Shown here in pieces: positions 29,179-39,045 of a DNA stretch of 64,000 nt (position 1 is the first letter of the stretch; every line of letters begins with the position of its first letter). The notes beneath the pieces are model-generated. The model saw only the letters and a list, made by a program, of their open reading frames with translations, was not told the origin of the DNA and ran no database searches. The translations under genes were made by a program, and so were the position numbers. Where the stretch lies: the sequence record PQ362703.1; one strand, 5' to 3'. The stretch is from Escherichia phage vB_EcoP_PW8.

Positions 29179-29563
29179 AAACATTAGTACCCAGATTGGT
29201 TGCCATCTGGAAGAAGTAGTAGAAATGTTAGATGAATTGACCCCATCCTGCGAGGATAGTATGCAAGTGTTAGCCGATGCACAGGCTGCTTTGGGTAAAT
29301 TATCACTGCTGATGAAAACAAACCACATGGCTATTTTCCCAGCGAATAGCAATCGCTTAGCCTTGCTGGATTCACTGGCAGACCAGATTGTTACAGCAAC
29401 TGGCGTCGGTACTTTCCTTGGGATGAATGTCCCTGGAGCATTGGCTGAGGTCAATCGCTCAAACTATTCTAAGTTTGAAGATGGAGAACCTGTCTTCAAT
29501 GAGAATATGAAAGTTATGAAAGGGAAAGACTATACTCCCCCGGATTTAACGCCGTATATCTGA
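29096..29563 (+). CDS. MazG-like nucleotide pyrophosphohydrolase (tentative), start uncertain
   Basis: EExxE-type motif (HLEEVVEMLDEL). Track start overlaps the upstream gene by 83 nt; alternative ATG at 29225. Confidence 0.3.
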   Translation: MSMTSSSVCTLANTEAWFRKAVPNPTSKNISTQIGCHLEEVVEMLDELTPSCEDSMQVLADAQAALGKLSLLMKTNHMAIFPANSNRLALLDSLADQIVTATGVGTFLGMNVPGALAEVNRSNYSKFEDGEPVFNENMKVMKGKDYTPPDLTPYI

Positions 29564-29570
29564 GGTATGT

Positions 29571-29702
29571 ATGACTGAAGATTTTCTGACATGGTTTGAA
29601 AAGACTTTTCCCGTGCATCTTTGGCCCTCTGAAGAAGAACGGGAGGAACTAAAAACCTACACCTGGCTAGCTTGGCGTGATGCCAAAAGAGTAACTACTT
29701 AA
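29571..29702 (+). CDS. small protein (43 aa), below the track cutoff
   Basis: ATG 29571 with GAGG RBS, stop at 29700-29702, terminator immediately downstream. Read by eye. Confidence 0.3.
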   Translation: MTEDFLTWFEKTFPVHLWPSEEEREELKTYTWLAWRDAKRVTT

Positions 29703-29707
29703 AAACA

Positions 29708-29729
29708 ACCCTCTACGGAGGGTTTTTTA
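29708..29729 (+). terminator. intrinsic terminator
   Basis: ACCCTC-tacg-GAGGGT followed by TTTTTT. Confidence 0.6.
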
Positions 29730-29741
29730 CTGGAGATTTTA

Positions 29742-31052
29742 ATGTTTTCCAAACCTACCAAAGCCCCACTGAACAAGGGGCAAGAAGCGGTTGCGAAGGA
29801 GTTCTTCGACTTCCTGCTCGACCCTAATGCTACCGAATTCAATATTAGTGGCCCAGGGGGAACTGGCAAGACATTCCTGATGTCGCACCTCATTGATGAC
29901 ACTATGCCTGCATATATGGAAACTTGCTCCCTTATGGGAACCAAGCCTATGTATAACGAGGTTGTTATGACTGCGACCACGAACAAGGCTGCTGAAGTTC
30001 TGGCTCAGGCTACTGGACGTCCAACATCTACCTATCATTCCTTCCAGGGATTGATTGTTAAGAATGACTTTAAGACTGGTGAGGCTAATGTCGTACCGTC
30101 CAAATCATTCAATATTAAGAAGAACAAAATCATCTTCGTAGACGAAGCATCCATGATTGACCGTCAGCTGCTTAAGTATGCTCGTGAAGGTACTCACCAG
30201 TGCAAACTGGTATTCGTAGGCGATGCTTCTCAGCTTCTACCTGTTAAAGAGAATAAATCTCCAGTATATGCAGGTAATATCCCAACACACTACCTGACTG
30301 AACAGATGCGTACCGATGCACCGGAACTCAAAGCATTGCACCAACAATTGCGTGATACAGTGGAAGGTAAGACAGGCTTCCTGCCTATTAAGTGTATTCC
30401 AGGCATCATTGACTGGGTACAAGGAGAAGAGATGGAGAAACTGGTTCTCAGCCACTTCACTCAACCCACCAATAGTCGTATTGTTGCTTACACGAATGAC
30501 CAGGTTATTAATTACAATAACTACATTCGTGAAGCCAATGGTTACGTAGGTGAGTACTCCATCGGTGAACAGTTAGTTTCTAACTCTGCTGTTCGCTTAG
30601 GTGTGGAAGACCGTCTGTCTATCGAGCAAGACGTAAAACTCATTGACCAGGATAGCAGTACTCGCATGATTCAGGTTACAGGTGACCTGGAACTAGAAGT
30701 TCGTGATAGTACTCTGGACCTTGGTTATGGTGGTATTGTAAGTGAAGTTCCAGTACCTACTGACCCAGAATACTTCAACCGTTTGGTTAAGTGGCTAGGT
30801 AAAGAGAAGAACTGGGAACCATACTTCCGTCTTAAAGAAACCATTCCAGACCTGCGTGCTACTCATGCATGTACTGTCCATAAATCACAAGGCTCTACTT
30901 ACGACACAATCTTCATTGATGCAGATGACCTCTCAAGCTGTCGCCAACCTGATATGGTTGCCCGTCTGCTTTACGTAGCTGTGTCTCGTGCCCGTAAACG
31001 AGTAGTGTTCTATGGCAATCTTGCCAGTAAGTACGGTGGCCTAACTTTCTAA
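29742..31052 (+). CDS. SF1 DNA helicase (Dda/RecD-like)
   Basis: 436 aa. Walker A (SGPGGTGKTF), motif II (FVDEASMI), C-terminal TVHKSQGSTYD. Confidence 0.7.
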   Translation: MFSKPTKAPLNKGQEAVAKEFFDFLLDPNATEFNISGPGGTGKTFLMSHLIDDTMPAYMETCSLMGTKPMYNEVVMTATTNKAAEVLAQATGRPTSTYHSFQGLIVKNDFKTGEANVVPSKSFNIKKNKIIFVDEASMIDRQLLKYAREGTHQCKLVFVGDASQLLPVKENKSPVYAGNIPTHYLTEQMRTDAPELKALHQQLRDTVEGKTGFLPIKCIPGIIDWVQGEEMEKLVLSHFTQPTNSRIVAYTNDQVINYNNYIREANGYVGEYSIGEQLVSNSAVRLGVEDRLSIEQDVKLIDQDSSTRMIQVTGDLELEVRDSTLDLGYGGIVSEVPVPTDPEYFNRLVKWLGKEKNWEPYFRLKETIPDLRATHACTVHKSQGSTYDTIFIDADDLSSCRQPDMVARLLYVAVSRARKRVVFYGNLASKYGGLTF

Positions 31053-31062
31053 GGGAGGATAT

Positions 31063-31593
31063 ATGCCTCAGATTGGTTCAGCGACTATTGGTCAAGTTGC
31101 CAATAGCAGCGAGATAGTCAAACACCTGTTCTTAGCAGAACTGGTTCGTCTTGATAGTGTGTTAAATGGTATCATTGATAAGAACGACCGTATTAATGGT
31201 ATTGATGTATCGGCTGGATTCCTTTATCAAGGGGAATTCTATCAGCGTTCTAATGCTGCCAGACCTCCTACCTATGGTGAACGGTTAACACTTAATCCAG
31301 AACTTTGGCCTGCAATGGACAAGTATCTGAAAGCCTCCAGTCGTCTGATTATGGAAGTACACCTTGTGAACCAGACTGTATATCGCCTGGTTCGTGGTTG
31401 TATGTCCTATCAGGATGTACGTGATGCTTTACCTGAATGCCTGGTAGCCCAAGACCAGACTGGTAAGTACAAGGAACTGCCACGTACTCGTGAAGCAGCC
31501 TGGACACTTGCTGGTGATCCTATGGCAATAAAACAGTATGAGAAGATTCTTCCATCTATTGAGTACTATGCAGCTTCTCATCTGATTTTCTAA
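31063..31593 (+). CDS. hypothetical protein
   Basis: 176-aa ORF with GGAGG RBS. Confidence 0.4.
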   Translation: MPQIGSATIGQVANSSEIVKHLFLAELVRLDSVLNGIIDKNDRINGIDVSAGFLYQGEFYQRSNAARPPTYGERLTLNPELWPAMDKYLKASSRLIMEVHLVNQTVYRLVRGCMSYQDVRDALPECLVAQDQTGKYKELPRTREAAWTLAGDPMAIKQYEKILPSIEYYAASHLIF

Positions 31594-31602
31594 GGTAAAG
31601 CT

Positions 31603-34182
31603 ATGCGTTATATCACCTCTCAAGACACGGGTAAGTATCCTATTGCTATCCTCGGTCATCAAATCCGAAGGGAGGAGATGATTAAAACCTACCTGCTGCC
31701 TAATGACTTAAGCATGGAAGATTTCATCTTCATTGAACTTCATTCTGCCCCTGGCAAGAAGAAGACTCCTGCAAGGGAAATTAAAGAGTTCATACAGCAG
31801 GAACTGCAACAAGTACTGGATGATGCAGAGACTCAATACATTATCTGTACTGATTCTGATTACTTCAAAATACTGACCAAAGAAGCTAAAGCAGAGGCTA
31901 ATCTCGGCTACGTTTGTGATTCAGTATGGGGTAAACAGAAGGTTATCTATGCACCTAGCTACAGGCAGGTCTTTTATGACCCACCTGTAGTGAAAGCCAA
32001 GATTGCTCAGGGCATGGATGCATTACTTAACCACATTCGTGGACAGTATGCCGAACCAGGTCAGGGAATCATTGAGTTTGAGGCTTACCCGGATACTCCA
32101 GAGAAGATTAAAGCCTGGTTAGACCAATTGCTTGAGATGAATAAGCCTCTGGCTATAGACATTGAAGCATTTGGTTTAAAGCACTATAACGCCGGTATAG
32201 GAACAATTACGTTCTGTTGGAGTAAGACACAGGGCATAGCCTTTAATGTGGACTACGAGCCAATTCCTGGAGCTACAGAAGCACCTTATGGGCGTATCAA
32301 CAGAAATGATGTTGTTCGAAATCTTCTGCGTGAGTTCTTCATTAAGTACACCCAACGGCAGATGTATCACAACATTAGCTATGACGTGTATGTGCTTATC
32401 TATCAGTTATTCATGGATAACCTGATTGATACAGAAGGCTTACTGTATGGCATGGAAATCATGCTACGTAACTGGGACTGTACTAAGTTAATCACCTACC
32501 TGGCTACTAACAGTTGCGCTGGTAATCACCTTAGTCTGAAAGACCAGGCTCAGGAGTATGCTGGTAACTATGCTCAGGATGATATTAAAGACATCCGTCT
32601 TATTCCTAATGAGCAATTGTTACGCTACAACCTCATTGACGGCTTGTGTACCTGGTACACCTATGAGAAGCACTGGGATACTCTCATTGCTGACGACCAG
32701 CTAGATGTTTACAACAACATCTTTAAGCCAGCATGTGAAGACATCATCCAGATGCAGTTAACCGGTATGCCCATGAATATGGATACCGTTAACCAAGTAG
32801 CTAAAGAGATGGAAACTGACAGGAACCAGGCCCTGAAAACTATTCGTGAGTCCAAGCTCATGAAGAACTTCACCCTGATGCTTCGTCAGGAATGGGTAGA
32901 CGATAAGAATGCTAAGCTCAAGAAGAAGCAAGTAACACTTGCTGACTGTGACATAGAGTTTAATCCTAACTCAGGTCCACAATTACAAAAGCTGTTATTT
33001 GATTATATTGGCTTACCGGTTCTTGGTCTTACTAAGAACAAGCAACCTGCTACTGATGGTGACACCATTAAAGCACTGCGAACACATACGCAGAGTGAAG
33101 ATGTTAAGGAACTGCTCAATGCACTTATCGACTATAAGCTCGTGGATAAGATTATCACTAGCTTCATCCCGGCTTTCAGGAATGCACAACCAGGACCGGA
33201 TGGCTGGCACTATCTATTCGGCAACCTCAATCTGGGGGGAACGGTTTCTGGTAGATTATCTGCCTCCGAGCCAAACCTGCAAACCATACCGTCTGGCTCC
33301 AAATATGCCAAGAAGATTAAAAAATGCTTCGAAGCCCCACCAGGTTGGATCTTTTGTGGACTGGACTTTGCGAGCCTTGAAGACCGTATCTCAGCTTTAA
33401 CTACTAAAGACCCACAGAAGCTTAAGGTATATACCGATGGCTATGATGGACACAGTCTACGTGCATATGCTTACTTTGGTGAGCAGATGCCAGACATAGA
33501 GGACACAGTAGAATCCATTAACTCCATTCAGCACAAATACAAATCATTACGTAGTGACTCGAAGGCTCCAACCTTCCTGCTTACCTATGGTGGTACGTAT
33601 ATGGGCTTAATGAAAAACTGTGGCTTCTCAGAAGAGAAAGCTAAAACAACAGAGAAACGTTATCACGATCTCTATGTAGTTAGTGATATGTGGGTTCAGG
33701 CTAAGCTAGATGAAGCTGCCAAAACTGGTTATGTTACTGCCGCATTCGGTTTGAGAGTGCGTACTCCTTTACTGGCTCAGGTTTTACGTGGGACATGTAA
33801 GACTCCGTATGAAGCAGAAGCAGAAGGCAGAACTGCTGGTAATGCTTTAGGGCAAAGCTGGTGTCTACTGAATAACCGTGCTGGTTCAGAATTTATGCGT
33901 AAAGTCAGAGCCAGTGAGTTCAGGTTAGATATACGTCCTAGTATTCATATCCATGATGCTCAGTACTTCATGATTCGTGACAACATGGATACCTTGCAGT
34001 TCACAAACAAGCACTTGGTTGAAGCCGTTAACTGGCAAGACCATCCTGATATTGCTCATTCAGAGGTTGGCTTGGGTGGGGAACTATCCTTGTTTTACCC
34101 AACGTGGGCTAACGAGATTGAAATTCCAAATCACGCTACCCCAGAAGAAGTTCATCAAATAATTCAAAAGGCATTCTCATGA
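31603..34182 (+). CDS. family A DNA polymerase with 3'-5' exonuclease domain
   Basis: 859 aa. Exo I (LAIDIEAFGL), Pol A motif A (GLDFASLEDRI), motif B (RSDSKAPTFLLTYGG), motif C (IHIHDAQ). Confidence 0.85.
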   Translation: MRYITSQDTGKYPIAILGHQIRREEMIKTYLLPNDLSMEDFIFIELHSAPGKKKTPAREIKEFIQQELQQVLDDAETQYIICTDSDYFKILTKEAKAEANLGYVCDSVWGKQKVIYAPSYRQVFYDPPVVKAKIAQGMDALLNHIRGQYAEPGQGIIEFEAYPDTPEKIKAWLDQLLEMNKPLAIDIEAFGLKHYNAGIGTITFCWSKTQGIAFNVDYEPIPGATEAPYGRINRNDVVRNLLREFFIKYTQRQMYHNISYDVYVLIYQLFMDNLIDTEGLLYGMEIMLRNWDCTKLITYLATNSCAGNHLSLKDQAQEYAGNYAQDDIKDIRLIPNEQLLRYNLIDGLCTWYTYEKHWDTLIADDQLDVYNNIFKPACEDIIQMQLTGMPMNMDTVNQVAKEMETDRNQALKTIRESKLMKNFTLMLRQEWVDDKNAKLKKKQVTLADCDIEFNPNSGPQLQKLLFDYIGLPVLGLTKNKQPATDGDTIKALRTHTQSEDVKELLNALIDYKLVDKIITSFIPAFRNAQPGPDGWHYLFGNLNLGGTVSGRLSASEPNLQTIPSGSKYAKKIKKCFEAPPGWIFCGLDFASLEDRISALTTKDPQKLKVYTDGYDGHSLRAYAYFGEQMPDIEDTVESINSIQHKYKSLRSDSKAPTFLLTYGGTYMGLMKNCGFSEEKAKTTEKRYHDLYVVSDMWVQAKLDEAAKTGYVTAAFGLRVRTPLLAQVLRGTCKTPYEAEAEGRTAGNALGQSWCLLNNRAGSEFMRKVRASEFRLDIRPSIHIHDAQYFMIRDNMDTLQFTNKHLVEAVNWQDHPDIAHSEVGLGGELSLFYPTWANEIEIPNHATPEEVHQIIQKAFS

Positions 34183-34484
34183 CCAAAAGTACTAAAGAAA
34201 CTGTAGTCAGAAAATATCATTGGATGGTAGCAGCACAAGTAGTATTCCAGCTTCCTAAAGTGGACGATGGTTCCCTGCTTACCATGAACACAATGCTGCT
34301 CACTGACGAACCTTATGTGACTTATAAAGATTTGGCCCGTGCTAATCATTCCCTGAAGATTAGTCTGGACCAGCGTTTTGATACCTCGGTTGACCTGAAA
34401 GACATTGTTTATCTGTCCCTTAGCAACCTGGGTCTGATGTCCGAACCAGAGTTCCAGGCAAACATGATTCCTAAGGATAAATAA
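34179..34484 (+). CDS. hypothetical protein
   Basis: 101-aa ORF. Confidence 0.35.
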   Translation: MTKSTKETVVRKYHWMVAAQVVFQLPKVDDGSLLTMNTMLLTDEPYVTYKDLARANHSLKISLDQRFDTSVDLKDIVYLSLSNLGLMSEPEFQANMIPKDK

Positions 34485-34960
34485 TGGCTAAGCTCTCCGG
34501 TGGATTAAATAACTGGTATGTAGTGCCAGTTAAGCACCCTCAACGGAAAGAGCAAGAGCCATACCAAGCAGAGTGTGAGGATATTATCCAAGCACTGGGC
34601 ATGACCTTCGATGAAGGTTGTGCCTTTAAAGCTCTATGGCGAAATGCTGCTGCCCGTATGGGTAATGGTAAACCTGGTAATACTGCTGTTTACGATGCAG
34701 AGAAGCTGGTTCATTATGCTAATCGTATTCTTGCTAAGGAGAAGTTAGCTAGTGAGTTATTTCCGGATCCTGCTACGAATGTAAATACCGTTGGTAGTTA
34801 TTGGCATCATACAAACAATGGTAAACCTCACTTCACTAAAGAATTTTCATTCATTGAGATTGTTTATAAAGATGAACGAGATGAAATTTACTCGTATAAC
34901 TTCAATCAGCTAAGTGAAATTAAGTGGAACCGGGTTCACAGATACAGGATTACTTACTAA
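34484..34960 (+). CDS. hypothetical protein
   Basis: 158-aa ORF. Confidence 0.4.
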   Translation: MAKLSGGLNNWYVVPVKHPQRKEQEPYQAECEDIIQALGMTFDEGCAFKALWRNAAARMGNGKPGNTAVYDAEKLVHYANRILAKEKLASELFPDPATNVNTVGSYWHHTNNGKPHFTKEFSFIEIVYKDERDEIYSYNFNQLSEIKWNRVHRYRITY

Positions 34961-35025
34961 TGAAGATAACCAACAATCATGATGTCTCACTGGCCCTGGC
35001 TGTATGGCTATTACATGATGAGTAA
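34960..35025 (+). pseudogene. 21-codon duplicate of the exonuclease N-terminus (homing-endonuclease insertion footprint)
   Basis: ATG overlapping the upstream stop encodes MKITNNHDVSLALAVWLLHDE, matching MKLTNKHDVSLALAVWLVTDD at 35526 with mostly third-position differences. Confidence 0.5.
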
Positions 35026-35031
35026 CTAATT

Positions 35032-35529
35032 ATGAAACAGAGGATTGCCCATGACAGGCTTTTACAGCTTGTTAGTTATGACCCTATTTCCGGAATTTTT
35101 ACTCGTAGGAATACTGGGAAGGTATCCGGTTACCTAATGAAGAGTGGCTACACTCAGCTCCGTGTGGATAGCGTGTTGTACTATGGGCATATCCTTGCAT
35201 GGTTCTATGTGCATGGCGTATGGCCTACGGATAGGATTGACCATAAGGACAATATACGCCATCACAACTGGATAGATAACCTCAGAGAAGCGACCCACAA
35301 GCAGAATAACCAGAGTGCTGTTTTATCTAAAACAAACACATCTGGATTTAAGGGGGTATCCTTTTCAAAGAATTTAGGTAAATACAGAGCAACTATTTGG
35401 GTTAACAGCAAACCAATTACATTAGGTTTCACAGATGACCCAAGAGAAGCTGCTGTTCTCTATGATGAAGCTGCTATAACTCATTATGGTGAGTTTGCTA
35501 AAACTAATAAGCAATTGGGACTGTTATGA
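35032..35529 (+). CDS. HNH homing endonuclease with AP2-like domain, paralog of the 13268 gene
   Basis: 165 aa. HILAWFYVHG...DHKDN...N, then SGFKGV and YGEFAKTNKQL, closely matching the 13268 protein. Confidence 0.8.
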   Translation: MKQRIAHDRLLQLVSYDPISGIFTRRNTGKVSGYLMKSGYTQLRVDSVLYYGHILAWFYVHGVWPTDRIDHKDNIRHHNWIDNLREATHKQNNQSAVLSKTNTSGFKGVSFSKNLGKYRATIWVNSKPITLGFTDDPREAAVLYDEAAITHYGEFAKTNKQLGLL

Positions 35530-36506
35530 AACTTACCAACAAACACGACGTTAGTCTTGCACTAGCGGTATGGCTTGTAACGGATGATTATGATTACGTA
35601 GATAACCCCAAATATCTATCCGTTACTACACTGCTTAAACCCATTAAGCAAATCGTCATGAAGCATCGTGTAGATTTAAGTGACCAGTCAATTGATGTTA
35701 TGGATTTCGTCTCCACATCAATGGGTACTGGTTTACATGATTCTATCGAGAAAGCCTGGAAGCTGGGTCATAAGACTGCATTGAAGAAGCTAGGTTATCC
35801 TCAGCGTGTAATTGATGCAGTAGTCATTAACCCAACCAAGGAAGACTTTGATGCTAACCCTGACCTTATCCCAATCTACATTGAACAACGTGGAACCAAG
35901 GTAGTTAAGGGTTGGACTATCGGTGGTAAGTTCGACATCGTAACAGAAGGTCTGCTGCAAGATTTTAAGTCTACCTCAACCTATTCCTGGGTTGCTGGTT
36001 CCCGTGATGATGAACACAAGATGCAAGGTAGCTTGTACCGTTGGATTCACAACGACATCATTACCGAGGATGTAATTCGCATTAACTACATCTTCACTGA
36101 CTTCATGAAGCACATGGCTAATAGCAATCCGAACTATCCTGCTAATCGTATTATGCACAAGGATATTCCGTTGCTATCTGTCGAGAAGACTGAACGTTGG
36201 GTAGAAGAGAAGATTCACCTCATTGAGAAGTACTGGAATACACCTGAAGAGGAAATTCCTGAGTGTACTGACGAGGAGTTGTGGCGAACAGAACCACAGT
36301 TCAAGTACTTCTCTGATGCTTCTAAGGTAGATGTACCTGGAGCCAGAAGTACCAAAAACTTTGACGATATGGCATCTGCTCGTATCTTCATGGCTGAAAA
36401 AGGTGGCAAGGGTGCTATCAAGGTCGTGGAGGGGCAGGTTAAGCGTTGTCTGTACTGCCCTGTCGCATCCATTTGCAAACAAAGAGAGAGATATTTTCCA
36501 TCATGA
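35526..36506 (+). CDS. PD-(D/E)XK exonuclease, RecB/Cas4-like, with C-terminal Cys cluster
   Basis: 326 aa. Nuclease core FDIVTEGLLQDFKS and terminal CLYCPVASIC cysteines. Confidence 0.55.
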   Translation: MKLTNKHDVSLALAVWLVTDDYDYVDNPKYLSVTTLLKPIKQIVMKHRVDLSDQSIDVMDFVSTSMGTGLHDSIEKAWKLGHKTALKKLGYPQRVIDAVVINPTKEDFDANPDLIPIYIEQRGTKVVKGWTIGGKFDIVTEGLLQDFKSTSTYSWVAGSRDDEHKMQGSLYRWIHNDIITEDVIRINYIFTDFMKHMANSNPNYPANRIMHKDIPLLSVEKTERWVEEKIHLIEKYWNTPEEEIPECTDEELWRTEPQFKYFSDASKVDVPGARSTKNFDDMASARIFMAEKGGKGAIKVVEGQVKRCLYCPVASICKQRERYFPS

Positions 36507-38656
36507 GTATTGACCTGACCGGAGTCACTCACCACGCTGCAATTGAAGAAATTGTAGACGTGCTGTGTAACAAGACACAAAACAACGACAGAGGATTCTT
36601 CCGTGTCGAAGTAGCCTACTTCCTGGCTAAAATGGCATCCTGCATGGGTGCAACCATTGTCACTAAAGACCGTGGTGACTTACCAGTCAACATTTACGCT
36701 ATGGCATTAGCAACGTCTGGCTTCGGTAAAGGTCACTCGGTAAATATTATTGAAGACGGGTTCATGACTGGCTTCCGTAAACGCTTTATGGAAGACACCA
36801 TGCCCGTCATTGCAAATGACCGTTTATGGAAGATTGCTAACGAACGTGCTGCTCGTCAGGGTACAGACCAGAATGATGAGTTTGATAAAGTTGAAGCAGA
36901 GTATAAACGTGCTGGGGCATACCCGTTTACGTTTGACTCAGGTACTCCACCAGCAGTTAAACAACTACGTCATAAACTGTTAATGGCTGGGTGTGGTTCA
37001 ATCAACCTTCAGATTGATGAAATTGGTTCAAACCTGCTGGCTAACACAGACGTACTAACCTTATTCCTGGAGCTATATGACCAGGGTAAGGTTAAGCAGA
37101 AGCTAACCAAGAACACTGCTGAAAGCGTTCGTGGTGAAGAACTGGATGGTAAGACTCCAGCTAACCTATTGCTGTTCGGTACACCAAGTAAGCTACTGGA
37201 TGGGGGTCAGACTGAAGACCAGTTCTATGACTTCCTTGATACGGGGTATGCACGTCGTTGTCTATTTGCCATTGGGCATTTAGACAAACGAGCACATGCA
37301 ACAATGTCTCCTGAAGAAATCTACCGTAACCTCATTAAGCAGGATAACGTTCAGTCTCTAGGTAAGTGGGCTAACCACTTTCATAGTTTGGCTGACCCAA
37401 ACCTGTTCGGTTTTAAGATGGTTGTGGAAGATGCAGTGGGAATTGCTTTGATTACTTACAAAATTGATTGTGAGAAGAAAGCAGAAGCTATGGCTGACCA
37501 CGAAGAGATTCGTAAAGCTGAAATGTCTCACCGTTACTTCAAAGCTCTTAAACTGGCAGGTGCATTGGCGTTTGTTGACCAGAGTTCCTTCATTGAGATG
37601 TCTCATCTTAAACAAGCAATTCTGCTTGTAGAGGAATCTGGGGCAGCATTCCAGGGTATTCTCAATCGTGAGAAAGCCTATGTGAAGCTGGCTAAGTACA
37701 TTGCTTCTGTAGGTAAAGAAGTGACTCATGCTGATTTACTTGAGTCATTACCGTTCTATAAGAGTGGCAATGCAGCTCGTAATGAGATGATGACCCTTGC
37801 TACAGCATGGGGCTACAAACAGCACATCATCATTAAGAAAACCTTCAACGAAGGCATTGAATTTTTCCGTGGGGAAACTCTGAAAGAAACTGACATCAAT
37901 GAGATCATAGTGGCATATAGTGATAGCTTTGCCTATGACTACATTGGTGAACGTGTACCGTTCGACCAGTTGCATGTATTAACCCAAGCTCCTGGTATGC
38001 ACTGGGTAAACCATCACATGAAGAATGGGCATCGTTCTGAAGAGAACGTTATTCCAGGATTTAACATGATTGTTATTGACTGTGATGGTGGAGTACCACT
38101 GCATACGTGCCATGAACTGATGAAGGAATATAAGTTCATGACCTATACCACTAAACGTCATTCCGATGAAGAGAACCGATTCCGACTGATTATTCCAATG
38201 AACTATGAGTTACACCTAGACACCGAGGAATACAAAGAGTTCATGAATAACGTTATGTCTTGGCTACCGTTCGAAACGGATGAATCTGCTAACCAACGAG
38301 CCAAGAAATGGATGTCCTGTGAGACTGGTTCTTATCATTACAATCTTGAAGCAAATCTGTTAGACGTGCGTGACTTTATTCCTCGTACTAGTAAGAACGA
38401 GCAGTTCCAGAACCAGATGAAGGAAGTACAGTCGTTGGATAGTCTGGAGCGTTGGTTCGCTAGTCGTATTGCTACCGGTAATCGTAATAATCAAATGATT
38501 AAGTACGCACTGGCATTGGTTGACAGTGGTTGGGATTTTGCCCAAGTACAGCAAGCCGTACACTCATTCAATAAGAAACTGGCTAATCCATTGCCAGATG
38601 ATGAATTGAATGCAACCGTAATGGTCACCGTGGCTAAACGCTTCGCTGGCAAGTAA
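36503..38656 (+). CDS. DNA primase (primase-polymerase type with C-terminal PriCT-like domain)
   Basis: ATG 36503 overlaps upstream stop (ATGA). Acidic motif VIDCDGG and PriCT-like end (GNRNNQMIKYALALVDSGW...PLPDDEL). Confidence 0.55.
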   Translation: MSIDLTGVTHHAAIEEIVDVLCNKTQNNDRGFFRVEVAYFLAKMASCMGATIVTKDRGDLPVNIYAMALATSGFGKGHSVNIIEDGFMTGFRKRFMEDTMPVIANDRLWKIANERAARQGTDQNDEFDKVEAEYKRAGAYPFTFDSGTPPAVKQLRHKLLMAGCGSINLQIDEIGSNLLANTDVLTLFLELYDQGKVKQKLTKNTAESVRGEELDGKTPANLLLFGTPSKLLDGGQTEDQFYDFLDTGYARRCLFAIGHLDKRAHATMSPEEIYRNLIKQDNVQSLGKWANHFHSLADPNLFGFKMVVEDAVGIALITYKIDCEKKAEAMADHEEIRKAEMSHRYFKALKLAGALAFVDQSSFIEMSHLKQAILLVEESGAAFQGILNREKAYVKLAKYIASVGKEVTHADLLESLPFYKSGNAARNEMMTLATAWGYKQHIIIKKTFNEGIEFFRGETLKETDINEIIVAYSDSFAYDYIGERVPFDQLHVLTQAPGMHWVNHHMKNGHRSEENVIPGFNMIVIDCDGGVPLHTCHELMKEYKFMTYTTKRHSDEENRFRLIIPMNYELHLDTEEYKEFMNNVMSWLPFETDESANQRAKKWMSCETGSYHYNLEANLLDVRDFIPRTSKNEQFQNQMKEVQSLDSLERWFASRIATGNRNNQMIKYALALVDSGWDFAQVQQAVHSFNKKLANPLPDDELNATVMVTVAKRFAGK

Positions 38657-38712
38657 GCAAACAGGAGTCTTTCTTTGGTTTGAAGGACTCCTAAATTAAA
38701 TGAGGAAAAATA

Positions 38713-39045
38713 ATGACCGAAGTAATTCCCAATGATATGAACACTCAGCTAATCCTGATTGCAGGATTCTCAGCGAGTGGTAAATCAGCATCACTGCGTA
38801 ACATCCGGAACCAGGAACGCTGGCTCTATCTGAATACTGAAGCAGGTAAACGTCTGCCTTTCCGTAACAAATTCAATACCTACAACATTGAAGACCCATA
38901 CCAGATTTGGGAAGCATTTGATGTTGCATCTCCTGGTGGAGAAATGGCAGATGATGTTGATGGTATCATTATTGACTCAGCAACCTTTATGATGGACATG
39001 CTGGAATCTCAGTATGTATTACCCTCTGCAAACACGCAAAAGGCT
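38713..39045 (+). CDS. P-loop ATPase (AAA_24/Sak4-like, tentative), exon 1
   Basis: Walker A (GFSASGKSA) and Walker B-like IIIDSATF. Proposed 5' splice site after U at 39045. Confidence 0.45.
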
